A stretch of 64,000 nucleotides of DNA. Source: Massalongia carnosa. Lineage: Eukaryota. The notes beneath the pieces were generated by a model. The model did not search any database. It was given only the letters and a program-made list of their open reading frames with translations, and had not been told where the DNA came from. This document shows positions 28,561 to 41,317 of the stretch, in pieces. The stretch spans positions 558,001-622,000 of the forward strand of contig OZ287070.1 of the NCBI GenBank assembly GCA_965645245.1, read 5' to 3'. Position 1 is the first letter of the stretch; each line of letters starts with the position of its first letter. Made by a program: the position numbers and the translations under genes.

Positions 28561-30223
28561 ATGACCTCAAGCTGGAAAGTTCTAGATCTTGAATTTACCT
28601 ATCTGAAATCCCCTCTGCTCTTGATTAAATATGAGTTCGGCCTCTTCCACTATAATGTTCTTCTTACAGATCTTACGTACATCTGGACGGAGTCTCTCGA
28701 ACGCAAGCAAATTGTAAAGAGAGCTTTAACTATAGACACAAGTATCGATCCCAGCGAAAGTACGGACCAGTTTAGCTTACTTTTACGCAATCTTCAAAAG
28801 TCTCTCGATGGAGCAAAGGGGACTAAGCGCTCTTTAAAGATAGGAGATACCTCGGAACAGCTCGTCTTGTCCACTTCAACCCAGCTACCAGGTTCTCTAG
28901 ATCCACTTGAGTGGCCCGTTTATCTCACTTATGCACCGCAGAATATGCTGACTAAAGAACTTCTTCTGCCTTGCTTGAGCCAGCAGTTCGTGAACAAAGT
29001 CAAAATCGATTCTCTATTGCACATATTAAAGGATAAAGACCACGTTATCGAGAAGTTGACTGACAGAATGCAGTCGGATGGAACGGACTTGAGCATCGTA
29101 TTCCCTGGAGCTGCAGAACTAAAATCTAAAACAAGACGCAACATTCGAGAATCGGCGGCTAAGTCGGTAAAGGGTCTTGGTGAATTTGATGAAGAGCACT
29201 GGCGGAAAAATCTCGCCATAAAGCTTGGCAGCTCAGCTGATTTGTCTGAAATCGTTTCTCGGGTCTTCCTGCCTAGCATGACGGATGAGCTGGAGGTCCG
29301 TCTTAGTAATGACCACGGAATGTGGTGGCATCAAACAAAGGGAAAGGACACAAAGGTGAATGTGTCTGCTATCGTACCGTATAAGCTAGAAGCGTCGCTT
29401 CTCCCCGATCGATCTCAAAAGGGAGGATCCTTTGATAGTGACTTCCAGGTCGATAGAGCCTCCCATCTCAGCCTGGATTTGACTTGCTAACGGGGCTTAG
29501 CGAAAAATCACTCCATCCCGCGCAAGCCCCCTAGGAAGTAAAGATAAAATTTTTAGTACAACCAATGCTGTGTTGCCTCAACAGATAATGCGGCTAACGG
29601 ATGCCAATCTTGAATCTACGACAATTGATGAAAGCGATGGAGATACTGTTTCTTCCAAGTCTGATAATGTTTCAAAGGGTAGAACACGGGTATCGCCTTT
29701 CACTATGATTGGCGATACAAGTCTATCACCTAATGCAAGCTCAAGCTTGCGCAAACTTAACAGAAACGAAGGAGATGGCTTCAAGTCCCACTTGTCTGTA
29801 AGTGATATATTATCGCCGCTGGAGAATCATACTGAATACAAATCTGCGTCCGAAAATGTCTTAAGCGAACCGTTAAATTCTGTAGAAACCATACCAAAAC
29901 CTAAAAGCAAGCTTGGCAGAATTGGTGGAAAAGGTAGACTTGAAAAGGGTTCCGGAACAGACAACAATACTATGGAAGAAAGGCCCACTATTTCTACAAA
30001 TTTAACTAGAATAGTGCCTGCTGATCTAAAATCTGAGGTAGAGAAGCAAGTTTCGGAAGATGTTCTAGGAGTAACTAGGCTTGGTCGACCGAATATATGG
30101 TCAAAGTCTCCAGTGGCTCCGCGAGAAAACTCTCAAGAGAGGGCAAATAGAAAGCGAGAGCAATTGAAGAGAGAGCTGGAGAATAAAAGCAGTGCTGCAC
30201 TGAAGAAAAAAAGGAAGTTCTGA
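28561..30223 (+). CDS. XLF: XLF/Cernunnos/Nej1 non-homologous end-joining factor, 2 exons
   Basis: N-terminal head PLLLIKY...YNVLLTDLTYIWTESL...SIDPSES..Q...LP..L.PLEW, coiled coil LKDKDHVIEKL, disordered tail ending KKKRKF (Ku-binding/NLS-type motif). Intron 29449-29500. Confidence 0.88.
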
Positions 30224-31731
30224 TGAAAAGGATTACCATAGACAAGTCTGACTAGACGAAGTTCGTGGAAAGAAGTAGCTTACATGTATTAGACTGTTAT
30301 TGATGGATAGATATCCATCACCTGGAAAGGTGGTATAGTATGTGCTTTGCTCTCTTACGATATCCAATACCCAGAATCATCAAAATACATTTTGGAGGTG
30401 TTGAGGAAGTTCCCTAGTGCACCTACAGTACCGCAATGTCGCTTATGAGGTTTGCTCTCTACCACCAACGATCAGCCCCATATTCACAAGCCAAAGCAAG
30501 GAGCCTGAACACTGAAAATGCCACGAACAAACTCGCAGACACCGCAAACATCATCGACACTGCAGAGGCGCACCCAACTTCTAATCACCTCCTTCATGCT
30601 AGGTGCTCTTTCCACTCCTAATAGCATCGAAACTTTACCATCACCTATTCCTCACCCAGCCAAATAGACACCCATGCATTGGAAAATGGCACACGACGCA
30701 CTGTCTCGGGTCTGATACATTGAGCAATTATCTCTCTTATCTTAGCAATGCTGTCCGTCTTGGGCTCAGAGCACGTCTGGCTGTCCTTGCGCTGGAAATA
30801 TCAGGGGGTCTTACTGCAAAAATTGCCGCCACCGTTATGTTCTTAGTCATACTTGGTTTTCCAAACAATTGCTGTGGACTCCAATAGTCCTGGGAGCTAC
30901 TGCGTCTGCCTCGGCGCTCCCCTCTATCTGGTCGTGGACGTATTTGCCGTACCTTTATTGTTCCCCACTTATTTCTCGGTCATTGGGACTCTGATGATTG
31001 CAAAGTTCGCCCCTATATACAGTGGCAAAGCTTCCGGCAATATGGAGGAGTAGCTATATCTTGTCTACTGCAGAGTAGGGTTGGCGTTGCTTCTATCCGC
31101 CGCAGGGATGAGCGCTTTATTCTTTCTTTTCCGTAAAGCAATTTTCAACAACGAGGTAGTGGAACTATATTGACCGCACACTCTCAGGACCCAGGATATC
31201 GAATTAGGAGCAATGCCAATTTAGGCTGTAATTCGGCTGGACACAACCTAATTCGAGTCGTCGCTGAAGGGACGGATTTACCGGTGGTTTTTTCCGGTAA
31301 GATTGAAGCTCCAATTCAACCTCAAAGCTGACTTTTGCTATAATTATGTATTAGGCAAGCATTTAGCATTTAGTCTCATACTGTCTTTCTATGTGCACCC
31401 ATGTTAGCATCTGAACGTAAATGTCCTGTAAAAAGCCAGAGCGCCTTACAAGGCGCGATCATCATCATATTCCTTGACCATTTTCTGTTAGCATGGCGCG
31501 AAATATCTAGTGTTCATATTTTCGAAGTTCATCACCTTGCTTGAACTTCACCATCACCATGAACCATATTTACCTAAATCTTGTTACTTGAATTCATCTC
31601 ATAGTACTTCCAAGCTACCATGTCCTTGAAATCCATGAGGCGTAAGATCATCAAGAAAGCCTTTCAAGTTCTCCTATCTCCGTTGAGCCTATCCTCAATC
31701 TCTCCTTAAATTACTCAAATCCACTTGGATC

Positions 31732-34700
31732 ATGGTAAGCCAGGGTGATGAGGGCTGGAAACTAGTGAAAACAAAGAAACGCAAGCCACCTATGCTAAAG
31801 AATGGCCAATCTTCTTCGTGTGATCTCATAGATTCTACTTCCACCACGTCTACCGTAAAGCAATCATCAGCCTCAAACACCAAAACCTCTAAAGCTTCTT
31901 CTAAAGTCAAGCGCAAAAAGGTTGTTTCTAGGACCTTAGCATCTTCAACACCACAAACCCAACCAAAACAACTAGCCACAACTCTGGCCCCGAATAATCC
32001 ACCATTGCCTCTTACAACCGACACGCCAGCACGCCCACACCAAGGCTTGCCGGAAGCTCTTAATATTGCCATCTCACCAACAAATTCTCATACCAATAGC
32101 GACTCGGGCTCTTTAGAAGATGCATTTTTTTCTGCTCAACAGACACCAGTCAAGTCCTTAGCTGGCCGCGGCAAAGCCAAAGAAATCTCTTCAAGCTCAT
32201 CCGAGTCTTATGAGTCTGCAGAAGAAGGCGGTGTATTCTTAGATCTCGAGCATTGTTTGACAACATCTGATATAGCAAAAAGAAAGAAGGACACATTTGA
32301 GGGACCCCCTCCTTTACGCATTCGGCCAGGAGAAATGCGGATCATCTTGCCATCCAATGAAGCCACGCCAACTATGCGGAAAGCCTCATTCGGGAAGAAT
32401 CTATACTCTTCAAGCGGCATAACACCGACAATGTCTAAACAATCTCTTTCGACAATAACATCCAATCACGGTGATATTACATCACCTACTCCTAAGCCAT
32501 CCCTGTGGATAAAGCCATCCTCAGATGTTGAGACTCCCATAACTCTGTCCAAGCCATTGCTGTGGACGTCTTCTGTCTTAAAGAGTCAAGATTCTCCGAC
32601 AACACCAAAGGCTTCGTTGTGGACACGTGATCAGGGCTTGGACCTAAAGCGTCACATGACACTACAAGCGATCCCGATAGGAGACAATATGAAGAAAGAG
32701 GACAACAGATCACGTATACAGAAGACAAAGCTGTCTAAAGAAAAGGCTTTTCAGGAAATTAAGAACAATGTCTCTCACATGGAAAATGACATCGGTGAAC
32801 ACAAAGACAGATATGATAATGGAGAGCAACCATTGGTAGTGGAATGGATGATGGCTCTGGACGATCCGTTTCTGCAGTCAAGCGCGAAAACTTCGCAGCA
32901 ATCCAGTGGAGGGAGCTCCATTAGCGAAGGTGGTGTGAAGCTCACCATCGCCGAAAATGTGGTAGATGTTACGGTGCCTTTCGATACACCAACAGTGAGC
33001 AATACGAACCTAATCGTTACGGACCACACAACAGTCCATTCATTCACCATAAAACTTCAGGCGAAAGACAACAAAGTTTCTTCAACTTCTGTGACCTCCT
33101 CAAATTGCGGGTATAACCAGCTTTCTATCGATCCTGCATGTTTGGATTATGCATCTATCACCACAGAGAGCACTGAAAACAAAGCTTCCACAAAAGGTTG
33201 CGTGCCAACTCTCAGATCTTCAACCGGTAATGATCCAAGCTCTACTAATCACGAGAAAATCCAGCTTTCGATCGATCCTACATCTTTGAAACCTTTAATC
33301 TTCATTACCCAAAGCTCCGAAGACAACACTTCAACGCAAGCTGTTGTATTATATCTCAGTTCCTTAGTCGATTATCCTTCAAGCATCGCTATTCGCGATT
33401 CTGATTCTTCTTCTGGGATCTCTACAATTCGCCGGGTTAGCAAACTGTTTGTTCAGCCTGCATCTCTCGATTCTTCATCTTTCATCACCCAGAGCTTTCA
33501 AAACACAATCCCAAAAAAAACTAGCGAACCAACTCTCATCCCTTTAACTGATCAGCCCTCAAACTCCAGATATCACGAGTCTTATCCACAAATCACAAAC
33601 ATAAGCTCGGCGGAGGACGCCGATACTCAGGTCATTGAAGGCGCACGCGCTCAATCCGGTGGAGAAATACTTAGCCCATCGAGCGAAGAAAAGATGCCTA
33701 AGAGCTCCAATAAGCCCAAGAACCGCCCCAGCAAAAATTCATCTTCAAGCTCCACCGATCCTAAGGAGAAATCATCCCAAGAAGTAGCACCTGTCCAATC
33801 CACCGAAGCAGCATCCAGTTCTGCAGAGATTCGAACCCAAGGAGAGGATCCCGAGAAGACGCCGAAAGTAAAGCATGCGGTGTTGGCCACGATCGCTGAA
33901 ACTGAGGAGCAAGCATCCACAAAGGCTGCTACTACTCCAAGTGCAGCTGTGGCCCCTTTCAATCCTCCACAAGGTAAGAGAAACTCAAGCTTAGTTTTAA
34001 CCTTACCTTCAACACTTGCTAACATGTTCAGTAGCGAGGACCCAGCTTGCCGATGAATTCGCGAATTTTCGCAATGCGGTGCTTCCCCCTCCTCCCTCCC
34101 GCACAGGCGAGAGAATGACAGCAGAAGAGGCTGCTGCAGTTGTCCCACGTCTATTGAGTAAGTGCTCCAAGAACCTCCACCTTCGCCTTGGATGTGAATT
34201 CTAGCTGATTCTTCATCCAGACGCTTCGGAGCGTGCCCTTACGGGCACTGAAATCCCCACCAACACCATGGGTGCAGGTTCTGGAAGCGGTAAGATACCC
34301 TCCAACCTCACTTCCTCCTTCAGTAACCCTTCACCCAAATCCTCATTTCTCAACCGAAAAATCAATAACGTCTTTCTCAGGATCGCGTTCACGCCCACTC
34401 CCTATCCCTGAGCTAATCGTCCCCCGCGCCCGTAGCCAACCTCGCCGAAGCCACGCTATTCCAATCCGCGCGCCTCTTCCTTCTCCCGGCTTCGCCCATA
34501 GCGCGCCGTCAAGCCAAATGCCAGCCTATGAGCATGGCATTGCCGGCGTACCATCCCACTACATTCCACTACAAGGGGCGTTGCATGGAATTTTTCTTGA
34601 CCCGTTGACCAACATGTTCGTTGGCGACGGCCCCCCTCGCCCAACTCCTGCCCGCGCCGACGGCTCCCCTCCCGGCACCACAGCCGCTCAAGTCGCGGCC

Positions 34701-35528
34701 GAGCCCCGCCCGCATCGTCAACCCGTCAATCCCGATGACGCGCTCCACGTTCAGCACGCGGCTTTCGTGGACTCCGCCAACGCCGCCGCCGCCGGTGCCG
34801 CTGTGGCTTCCGTCACCGCCTCGTCCCTCTCTGCTCGTCTCGCTGCTGCCGCCGCCGCCGCCGCAGCCCCCACCCCCCCGTTTAAACGATATTTTTGCTG
34901 CTGCACAGGAAAGTGGAGCTCACGGCACCACAACTGCCCAGGGCCCCCTGCGGGGCCGCCCATGCCAGGTGGACGCCCAATCGTTCCGGGGACGGTACTG
35001 GGTCCAGAGTGGGTCACAAAGCGACTGGTGGTAGATGCTAGTATCTATCCCGGCGGCGTCGTGCCTGCTCCGGGCTCGGTAGCTGCAATGACAACGTCGG
35101 CCGTTGGGGGAGGAGTGGGGGAGGTTCAGGCCGGGTGGTTTGCGCCTATTCCTGGGGGTCCTGTGCTTGCGGGGGAAACAGGGGTGGGTGTTGGTGTTGT
35201 CCCTGATGCTGTGGCTGGAGTGGGAGATAGGGGGGCGGCCGCCGGAGAAGGGGCCGAGAAGAAGAAGAAGAAGAAGAAGAAGAAGAAGCGGTCGGGAGCT
35301 CGACGCAAGTCAAAGAAGAAGAAGAAGGGAAAGGGTGGGAACGAGGGGGAAGAGGAGGGTGGTGAAGGGGCCGAGGAAGGGGGGAAGGAAGGGGAGGAGG
35401 GAGAAGGTAGGGATGGGGGCGCTGGTGGGACTGGGGCTGCGGGGGGCGCAGCGGAGGGAAAAGAGAAGGGCCGGGCGGTGGAGGAGGAGCCCGAAGGCAA
35501 GGGGAAGGAGAAAGCCGTCGAGGCTTAG
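31732..35528 (+). CDS. Large low-complexity hypothetical protein (Ser/Thr-rich, Pro/Ala-rich, poly-Lys and Glu/Gly tail), about 4 exons
   Basis: 774-codon ORF joined in frame to ORF 34233-35528 by three GTAAG...CAG introns (about 33973-34031, 34158-34219, 34290-34380). No recognisable domain; the start is uncertain and this could be two genes (second start MPKSS at 33693). Confidence 0.6.
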
Positions 35529-36927
35529 CTCTTCCTTTGACGAGGCTTTGTTGCTCTCATTTCGAGCGACTCTATTGTCGCGGTGCCGGTGAAGCGGGCC
35601 TTTTTTTTCGTTCCCTTTTCCAGAGGACACTGCAAAGCCTCAGATCTGCCTTCTCTTCACTTCTCTTCACTTCCCTTCTCTCTTAGCTAGTCCATTTTTG
35701 CGCGGCGGAAGCTTTACGGAAAAGGGCTAGGGGAGGGGGGTTTCAATGGACGATAAGTTCGCTTCGTCAATGCAGAAAGCTCTAGTTCTATGTGTGTGTG
35801 TGGGGGGGGGGGGGGCGTGTCTTGTTTATTTATTTTATGGTGCAGTTGATCCGATCAAAGGAAACGTTTTGGGGTTAGGGTCAAGGGCAGGGGGGGGTTT
35901 GTTACGTGCTTTGCTGCTGGGCTAGTTATTGCATGCGACCTAGATGCTTCGTAGGGGAGATGGATTGACTGATTATTAACTTATTTCATCCATGCATTCA
36001 TTCGTTTTGTTAAGGGAAAGCCGGACCTAGCTAAAAACGACAAAACGGTTTCGCAGAGGTTGGGGTAAGTGAGAAAGGAGAAGAGGCGGGCAGTCACATG
36101 ATGAAGGAGGGATCTTTCTCGTTGACTCATTGGCTCATCTGTTTTTATTTATTTCACCTACATATGTATCTGCGTGTGCGCGCTTACTTAAAGCACCTCA
36201 TATCTACTCTGTATATGTAACCTAGAGGTAGGTAGGTATGTGTATATCCAGAAGAAGGCAGGGGAAGGCAAACAATGATAGACAAGGGGAAGGGTTGTTT
36301 GTCTTTTGATGGAAAAAAGAAAATATCTCCCCAAAATGCCCAGTCCGTTCCCGCGTTAATCGCCATTTCTTGCCTCCTTTAAAAAAGTTGTAAAAAACTA
36401 TAAAGTCACCTCTTAAATCCATCGCCCCCCTTCCCCTTTCCCGAAAAACTCCTGTTATTTATTTATCCATCTACCGAATCTACCAACCCAACTTACCAAA
36501 CCTCATCGACCCAGCATAGCGCATAACGTGAAACCCTGCCCCCCTCCCCTTTCTTATAAAGAAAAAAAAAGAAAAAAACTAACGATCTTGTGTCGGGCGG
36601 GTTAAGGGAAAAGATGGAAGGGAGGAAGAGGGGAGGGAATGGAAGGAAGGAAGCGTGATGCATGAGCAATTTATCGGGAGAGGGGGACTTGGAGAAGGGA
36701 AGGGAGAAAAGAAGGAACGGACGGACGGACGAAGTAAGAAAGAAAGAAAGAACAGAAGAATGCTTTAAATCCAGAAACCAAAGATTGGGGGTGAAGGGTA
36801 AAGGATGAGGAGGGAGATGAAGAGGGAGAGAAAAGCGAGGTTTGAAGTTCATGACGCTTTTACTTCATTTGTAATCTATCAGCTCCAAAAAACCCGCACC
36901 AAACCTAACGCCTTGAAGAAGCCCTCC

Positions 36928-37781
36928 CTACTCTATCAAGTCAGGGAACTTTCTCACGTAACTTTATCTCCAATTAGTATCCACGAACCGTCAAGGAAAG
37001 AGACAAAAACTTACTGAGCAGGACACTCGTAACCTCCCGGATTCTAGGAAGATCACTACATCAGTATACTTCCCGATCCAACAACTCTCCCGGGGTAAAA
37101 TTTTTAACCCACCTTATCCAAATACAACTGATGATACGCCTCCGCATCCCACCATGTACCCGCTTCTAATATCTCCGTCGTGATCGGCCCCTGCTTAACC
37201 CACCACTGACGCTGCGCCTGCTCGGTGACGGTGTGCGCGATCCGTTCCTGGTCGGGGCCGTGCGTGAAGATGGCGCTGCGGTACTGGGTGCCAGCGTCGC
37301 CACCCTGGCGATCTTTGGTGGTGGGGTCGTGCATTTTGTAAAAGAACTCGAGGAGGGTGCGGTAAGTGACGAGGGAGGGATCGAAGGTCATTTGGAGGGC
37401 TTCGGCGTCTGTAGGGGGTTCGGGGGGGGTGGTTAGCAAGAGATTGGGATGAAGGGAGAATGCAGTAGGCAAGAAGATGGAAAGGGAGTCCTCACGGCCA
37501 GTTCGCCCGGAGCACACAGCACGATAGCTAGGGTTGTTGGTATCCCCGCCAATATACCCCACCCTCGCATCCAACAGTCCCTTCTCACCAAAGTTCCTCC
37601 GAAACAGGTGTTCTACGCCCCAGAAGCACCCGGCGGCAACAGTACATTTTTCGGCGTTCTCGGGGATAGGGGTGGTGGCGGCTGCTGCTTGAGCGCTGCC
37701 GTCGGGGTTTAGACTGAGGTGGGTAGAGGAGGTGAAGGGGCGGAGGAGGCGGGAAAGGAAGCTAGGCATTGGACTTGCCAT
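36928..37781 (-). CDS. msrA: Peptide methionine sulfoxide reductase A, 4 exons, N-terminal presequence-like leader
   Basis: Catalytic AAGCFWGVE, VGYIGG..NPSYRAVCSG.TGHAEA, HDPTT..RQG.D.GTQYRSAIF, AEAYHQLYLDK|NPGGYECPAH|YVR; stop TAG at 36928. Confidence 0.96.
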
Positions 37782-37953
37782 TAAGGTGAGGAGGAGGAGG
37801 AGGAGGGCGAAGGCGAGGAGTCTAGGGATGAATGGGAGATACAGGGTGGGGGATGAATATGGAAGTTTCGAAAAATGGGTTGGGCTTTGAAGGATGAGGA
37901 TGAGGAGGAATATATTCAACTCAGATACTCGGTATGAATCGAATCACGAATCG

Positions 37954-37961
37954 TGACGTCA
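37954..37961. promoter_or_regulatory. CRE/ATF palindrome TGACGTCA upstream of msrA
   Basis: Perfect palindrome about 170 bp upstream of the msrA ATG, consistent with Atf1/AtfA-type oxidative-stress regulation. Confidence 0.45.
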
Positions 37962-38689
37962 GGAATGGATTAGGGCATCTTTTAACGGATGACAAATCTT
38001 TGGTGGCGCAGTGTATTCACGTAATCGTGCCACGCCTCACCCCCTAGCGGGGTACTCTCAGCCGCAAACCGTAAAATCCAAGCCTCCTTTGATTCCAAAC
38101 ATCCTTTCTATCTCGATCAGCTCATTATCCTAATCGTATACCCAATCTATCTAAAGGAAACTTACAAGGAGATTTATAGTGAAACCTCGCCATAGAAAAA
38201 TCAATACCCCTTTCGAAACCCCGGTGCCTCTTACCGTCGTCTCCCATTTTGATCTTTCTTACAAGAGATTTGACATGGGGAAAGCGCCGCCGCTAGAGAG
38301 AGTTGAAGCTAAGATAGTCAACGAATACGAACTATTTCGCGGGTTTTCGCAGAGGATGGAGGGCTGCGGGTCGGGTTTCTTTGGTGAAAGGTGGTGAAGG
38401 GAGAGGGAAGTCGGCAGGGGCGAAATTGGAACGTAATCATAGAAGTCTACTGTTGAAAATCAATGAACAAGCGACAAACCAAAAAGAAGAGGTCGTCGTG
38501 CTGGGATATATATATGTAATCGGGGATTTCTGTAGGAGGAAATTTTGGATTATATTATACATTCTGTAGAGGTATCCGTCTCGCGCTCAACGTCGAAGCC
38601 TTATCACCCCTCAATACCTGATTGATCACGCCCGGTGAGAACAGAACATTCACCACTAATGCTCTACCAGAAAGCTTGGCGGCCAGAAC

Positions 38690-40180
38690 CTAGGGATGTT
38701 GCTCCAAGCGGCTTGTCTTAACAATGCTGGTATTAGGAACAGCGCCTCTAGAGGCATAGGAGTGTCTGGGCGGTTCGACTCCTCCTTGAATAGTTGTCGT
38801 CATGCCATTTGAGTGCCCTAACGCACTCCCCCGTTCGGAACTGGTCTTCAACTCTAGGTAAGCTCCGTCGAACGACGTCAAGTCGGTCGAGATCTGGCAA
38901 TTAGGAACAGGTTTCCGCTCGTGCGTAGGCAGGGTTGACGGGCGACTGGAATTTCCCGAGCTACCAAAGTGCTTGCCGATACGAGTCCGGGAGGCAATGG
39001 CGGAGAGTTTGACGGCAAAGTGATGGATGAATTGCGGCATGTAGGGCAAGCATCCGCAGATGATGCCAGTGGAGATTTCGGCAACCCTGTGATTTTGTCA
39101 GTGGGAGCCCGATGGAGAACCAAGCGCTACGTACGTCCATAACATGATCGCCGTCATGTTGTACGTTTCGTCCTTGCTGTGGCCTTTCCTGATGCTTAAG
39201 TAGAGGCGCATTATACTAGCGAAACAAGCACTGCGCAGGGTGAGCCTCCGGCTTCGCTGATTTGGGACACTGAAATACGTACAAAAGACCTGTCATGAAT
39301 ACTGCCGAGACTCCGATCTTTCTCTTCAGCGGCATTTGCAGCCGCCAGATTGCGCGTACGGGTAGAAAAACGGTAGTGATGTTAGAGGCAACATTGAAGG
39401 CAGCCGACGTGACGATGATTGCAAAAGAATTGAGACAGCGCCCAGGCTGGAGTGGGTTCCAGAACTTGGCTACCGGTGAACACATGAAAATCACGCTCAA
39501 CGTCATGGCCATGTAAAAGAGAGCATTGAGCCAGAGAACAAGCTGGATCAGGATATAGGTGGCGCTTCTATAGTTGACCACAAAAATTTTGATGTACAAG
39601 AGCAGAAGCGACAACTCTGTGAAAAATATGACTGGTCCAAATATGACTTCCATGACATATAGATACTAATTCGAGGGCATTAGTATCTGACCATATTACG
39701 CAATGCTTCACTGATCCTACCCACCTTTAAAAATTTGAAGAAATGAGTCAAAGGGACATTCCACTGATGGACTCCCAGGCCATAATGGAGGGCAATGAGC
39801 CCCAGCAGGCAGTCAATTATTAGCCCCAACTGCCACGACAAGCCTTAGCAAGCGCTCAGGAGCCATGCGCAGAGTGTAAGGCGATGGGTAATCCCCAGGA
39901 GTATTCTCACCCATGCGAGGCAACAAGTGTCTATTGGAAGTCAGGCGCAATGGACGTCGACTAAGCGTTGAAGAAACTCACAGTCCGCCCAATCTAGCGA
40001 TCTGGTGACCATATGCTTGACGTACATACGAATCGCGACGAACACAGTGGTCATGCTCAGAGACAGTGCTGCGCACAAGATGACCCATTTCTCTAACGAA
40101 TAAGGGTTCACAAAGTCCGGTATCACATCGGTCGGAGGCATCATGCTTGGCATCTTGGCCATGGCCTTTATACTTGCCAT
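38690..40180 (-). CDS. PTH11-like (fungal rhodopsin-domain) integral membrane protein without CFEM, 6 exons
   Basis: PP..V.PDFVNP leader, FVAIRMYVK...DWADYTC, GLGVHQWNV, CSPVAKFWNP...GRC, LPVRAIWRLQMPLKRKIGV, AEISTGIICGCLP. All introns GT-AG. Confidence 0.9.
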
Positions 40181-41317
40181 CCTGCATGAGGGATACAGTC
40201 TTTGAATTGTAATTAGAATGCAGTCAATAGTTAAGCAGCATAAGAGAAGAAGCTCAACGGAAAGCTTTTTTGGAAAAGACGGAGCACACACTGGATTCAT
40301 CAATAGGTCATAAAAGCGCAAAGCGTAGAGCGCTGCAACACGGCATGAATAACAAATCGAATCAAGATCGCACTCTCAGTAAATACACCAAGACATACAA
40401 CCATCTCGACCCCTTCAGCCCTCCTGTTACGAACTAACACGCAGGGCGGCTCGGAGATCCGAGTTTACAGGCAGGTGGTATTGGATATGGCCAAAGGATC
40501 ATTATGCACAAACCATCTTTATAAGCCGAAGGCGACATGTAGTTAACTAAGACCTGGCATAGGCATTCATAGTCAGCATCTCCCACGGCGACGGTATGTT
40601 TAGGTACAGATGAATGCTGCAAAGAACCCTGGCGCTAGTTTACTAATGCTGCAGTAGGAATGCAGTGTGTCAGCATGCACAACCAAAGAAATCCTTGAAC
40701 GGGGCCAGACTCGCAACGAGATTGGTCTCCTTTTCCCGAGGATAAAAAGCCGTTATCTTATCCGATATCTTATCCTGATATGTGCTCTGTATCCCGATCA
40801 TGCACACGCACGTGTTTGCAAGACCCTTTTTTCTCGGCAAGCCTGCACTGGAGGGTATTCTTTCTACGGTACTAACGTTATCTACACAGTATGTTCGTAT
40901 CACAGACCAACCGATGGGAGAGAATACAGCTAGAACCGTAAGTGGTTCGTGACCTCGGCTAACTAACCTCTTTGAATACAGTAGGTACTCTGTACTCGTT
41001 ATGAAGTAACCGTTTGGTGGACGTCTCATGTGGCACAGTCAACGCAATGGTCATGAGTTGTTGCTTTCCTCGAGATAACTTTCAAACATGATCATGATGA
41101 CTCAATTTCCTTTCCGAAAAGTACAAAGCTACCAAACGATAAAACATATGGGGGGAAAGCTAGGGAGGAATCATTTTGTATCCTGCAACCCCTCCAGCTC
41201 CTCGCCGTCATCTGTAACCAGGATACCAACACCCTGACGCCTGGCAGAGGCAGAATGCCGTGCAAAAAAATGGTGAAACAGCGCTGTGTGAAGCACGCAT
41301 GGGAAAGCCACGGCTCC

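Noticed and set aside
30301..30320. TGATGGATA-GA-TATCCATCA hairpin after XLF as a terminator
   Set aside because: Intrinsic hairpin terminators are not a Pol II feature, and one short palindrome can arise by chance in 64 kb.
30436..31135. Multi-exon small gene whose hypothetical spliced product is open in all three frames, one being Cys-rich
   Set aside because: It needs weak donors (GTGCTC, GTCTGA, GTTATG) and a 36-nt intron without a clear branch point, and shows no recognisable protein, so it is not supportable without RNA data.
37782..37919. Hydrophobic upstream extension of MsrA as a signal peptide
   Set aside because: TTG start; the Leu-rich sequence is explained by the CCT-rich pyrimidine 5' leader.
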